Shown: piece after piece, positions 46,973-48,507 of the stretch
How the letters are laid out: every line of letters starts with the position of its first letter
Position numbering within the stretch: position 1 is the stretch's first letter
DNA from: Octopus bimaculoides
Lineage: Eukaryota
Length of the DNA: 48,507 nucleotides
Assembly (NCBI RefSeq): GCF_001194135.2
Contig: NC_069004.1
Coordinates: 33,327,684-33,376,190 of the forward strand
Direction: 5' to 3'
Notes under the pieces: model-generated
Told to the model about the DNA's origin: nothing
The model's database searches: none
What the model saw: the letters and a program-made list of their open reading frames with translations, nothing else
Made by a program: the position numbers and the translations under genes

Positions 46973-48127
46973 CAAAGGGGTATCTAAAAGAAACCAGAAT
47001 TTTGGAATATTATTTCATTCACTTAGTTTTACATGTTTACACTTTTATCACCTTCACAGTATTCTCCATTTCAAACAATGCATCAGTCCACACGCGTTTT
47101 CCATTGTTGGAAACAGTCCTGGAACCCTTGCAAAGTGATACCTTTTAATGACTGTCATTTATTCCTTCACTTCTTCCATATCTGCAAAATGTTTTCCATT
47201 AAGGACTCTTTTCATTTGGGGGAACAGAAAACAGTCACAGGGAGCAGGATCGGGTGAATAGGGAGAGCGGATAAGCAGGGTCATGGCATTTTTGGCAAAA
47301 ACTGTCTCACACTGAAGGTGATGTGCACAGGTGCATTGTTGTGATGAAACCACCACTCCCCACTTTGCCACAGGTCAGCGTGTTTTCATCTCACCACGTC
47401 TCGCAAACACAACAGAACAGCCTAGTAAAACGTCTGGTTAGCAGTTTGACCAGGAGGAATAAATTCTGTGTGGACAATTCCTTTTGCATCGATGAAACAA
47501 GTCAGCATTGTTCTGACATTGGACTTCACTTGAAAAAGATTCGGATCAACTTCCTTCAGTTCATGACATGCATTCAGTTGCAACTACTTTCGATCTTCCG
47601 TGAGCAAGCAAAGCACAAATTTTGCTGCAATTCATTGACAGGAGCTCCAGGACACACACCAGTCATATCAACAAGTTCATCAGTTGTTCAGTGATGGGAT
47701 TCCGAGATCAGTTCATGAATTTTTGTGATGTTTTCTTTCGTTCAGGAGGTCCAAGGTCGCCCTGAACGAGGTTGGTCTTCAAGCAACAAGTGACCATTCC
47801 GAAAGCGCGGAAATCACTCATTGTGCTTTGATCATGGCAGCATCCTTGTAAGCTGTTTGTAGCATGACAACTGTTTCGGCTGCCATTTCCCCCAGCAGAA
47901 AACAGAATTTCACAAAAGCAAACTGTTCTTTCATTTCAGCCATTGCAAAAATCAAAGAACAGGGGAAGAAGCACTCTAAAATAAAGAAGCCCCACATAGC
48001 AGTACAACTTCACTCAGTGCTGCCAGTTGGCAGACTGATGCCTGAGGGTCACATCAAGTGGCTTCTAGTAATGGAAGCCTGAACTACAAAGGGCTTGTCC
48101 TATAGAAACCTTTTGGGTAGCTCCTCG
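46973..48127 (-). mobile_element. Near full-length decayed mariner element (transposase pseudogene 47943-47037)
   Basis: Translates as MAEMKEQFAFVKFCFLLG...EDQPRSGRP...FIPPGQT...SPYSPDPAPCDCFLFPQMKRVLNGKHF...EGDKSV*. Degenerate TIRs (tatacaaaggggtatctaaaag and tatacgaggagctacccaaaag, 16/22 including flank) are flanked by TA at 46971-2 and 48128-9. Confidence 0.92.
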
Positions 48128-48155
48128 TATATATACATACATACATATATATATA

Positions 48156-48507
48156 ACTAGCAGAAATACCCGGCTTTGCCCGGGTTAAAGAGAATAATGA
48201 AATCTAAAAACGCCGTCTACACTACGCAACCCTCAACTGTTAGTAGCTACGATACCATATTTCTACATTAATAACTCTCCAATCCATGCCAGCATGGAAC
48301 ATAGACATTAAGTGGAATGCCAGTCTCTCATCTAGGAGGGCCTTGAAATCAATGTTACCAACTGGGGACTATGTGTGTCGCAGTGATAATAAAAAGACCC
48401 AAAGGAGGTCTGCAACGAAATAATTTTACTCAACACTTTGCAAGTGAATCAGTGGAGGCAAAGATGCGTCTCATTTACTTGACAATTTATGCACCACATT
48501 GCAGAAA
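48156..48507 (+). mobile_element. Possible Helitron/Helentron-type non-autonomous element start (cut by window end)
   Basis: actagcagaaatACCCGGctttgcCCGGGT: an ACTAG start followed by a 6-bp GC stem, typical of Helitron-derived termini. No Rep or helicase sequence is seen. Confidence 0.4.

Overview
This is a eukaryotic, AT-rich window that is very rich in microsatellites. It has 11 N-gaps, most abutting (TA)n tracts. The tRNA-derived SINE families and repeat landscape look like a coleoid cephalopod, most likely Octopus; this is recognition from memory, not a database hit. The only confidently identified protein-coding sequence is the first coding exon of the ubiquitin-conjugating enzyme UBE2H (minus strand, 10220-10168, MSSPSPGKRRMDTDVIKL). 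It is missing from the ORF track because it is only 53 nt. Its donor site is GTATCCTTTT, a consensus U12-type (minor spliceosome) 5' splice site. The intron it opens runs off the left edge of the window (>10.1 kb); I found no exon 2. Upstream of UBE2H, a CpG/triplet-rich island carries a plus-strand cluster of consensus splice donors and a well-formed 59-nt exon candidate, suggesting a divergent spliced transcript from a bidirectional promoter. The rest is a decayed transposon landscape: RTE, R4/Dong, Penelope and probable Tx1 retroelement fragments, a Tc1 fragment with DD36E spacing, two mariner relics, several MITEs (one a long foldback, one nested in a SINE with its TSD), about 20 SINE copies including a ~94-95% identical inverted pair, and minisatellites. 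Nearly all ORFs in the supplied track are microsatellite or N-gap artefacts. I found no intact transposase, no RNA gene, no CRISPR array and no demonstrably new biological system. The best leads are the long minor intron, the divergent transcript, the DD36E element and the inverted-SINE hairpin.
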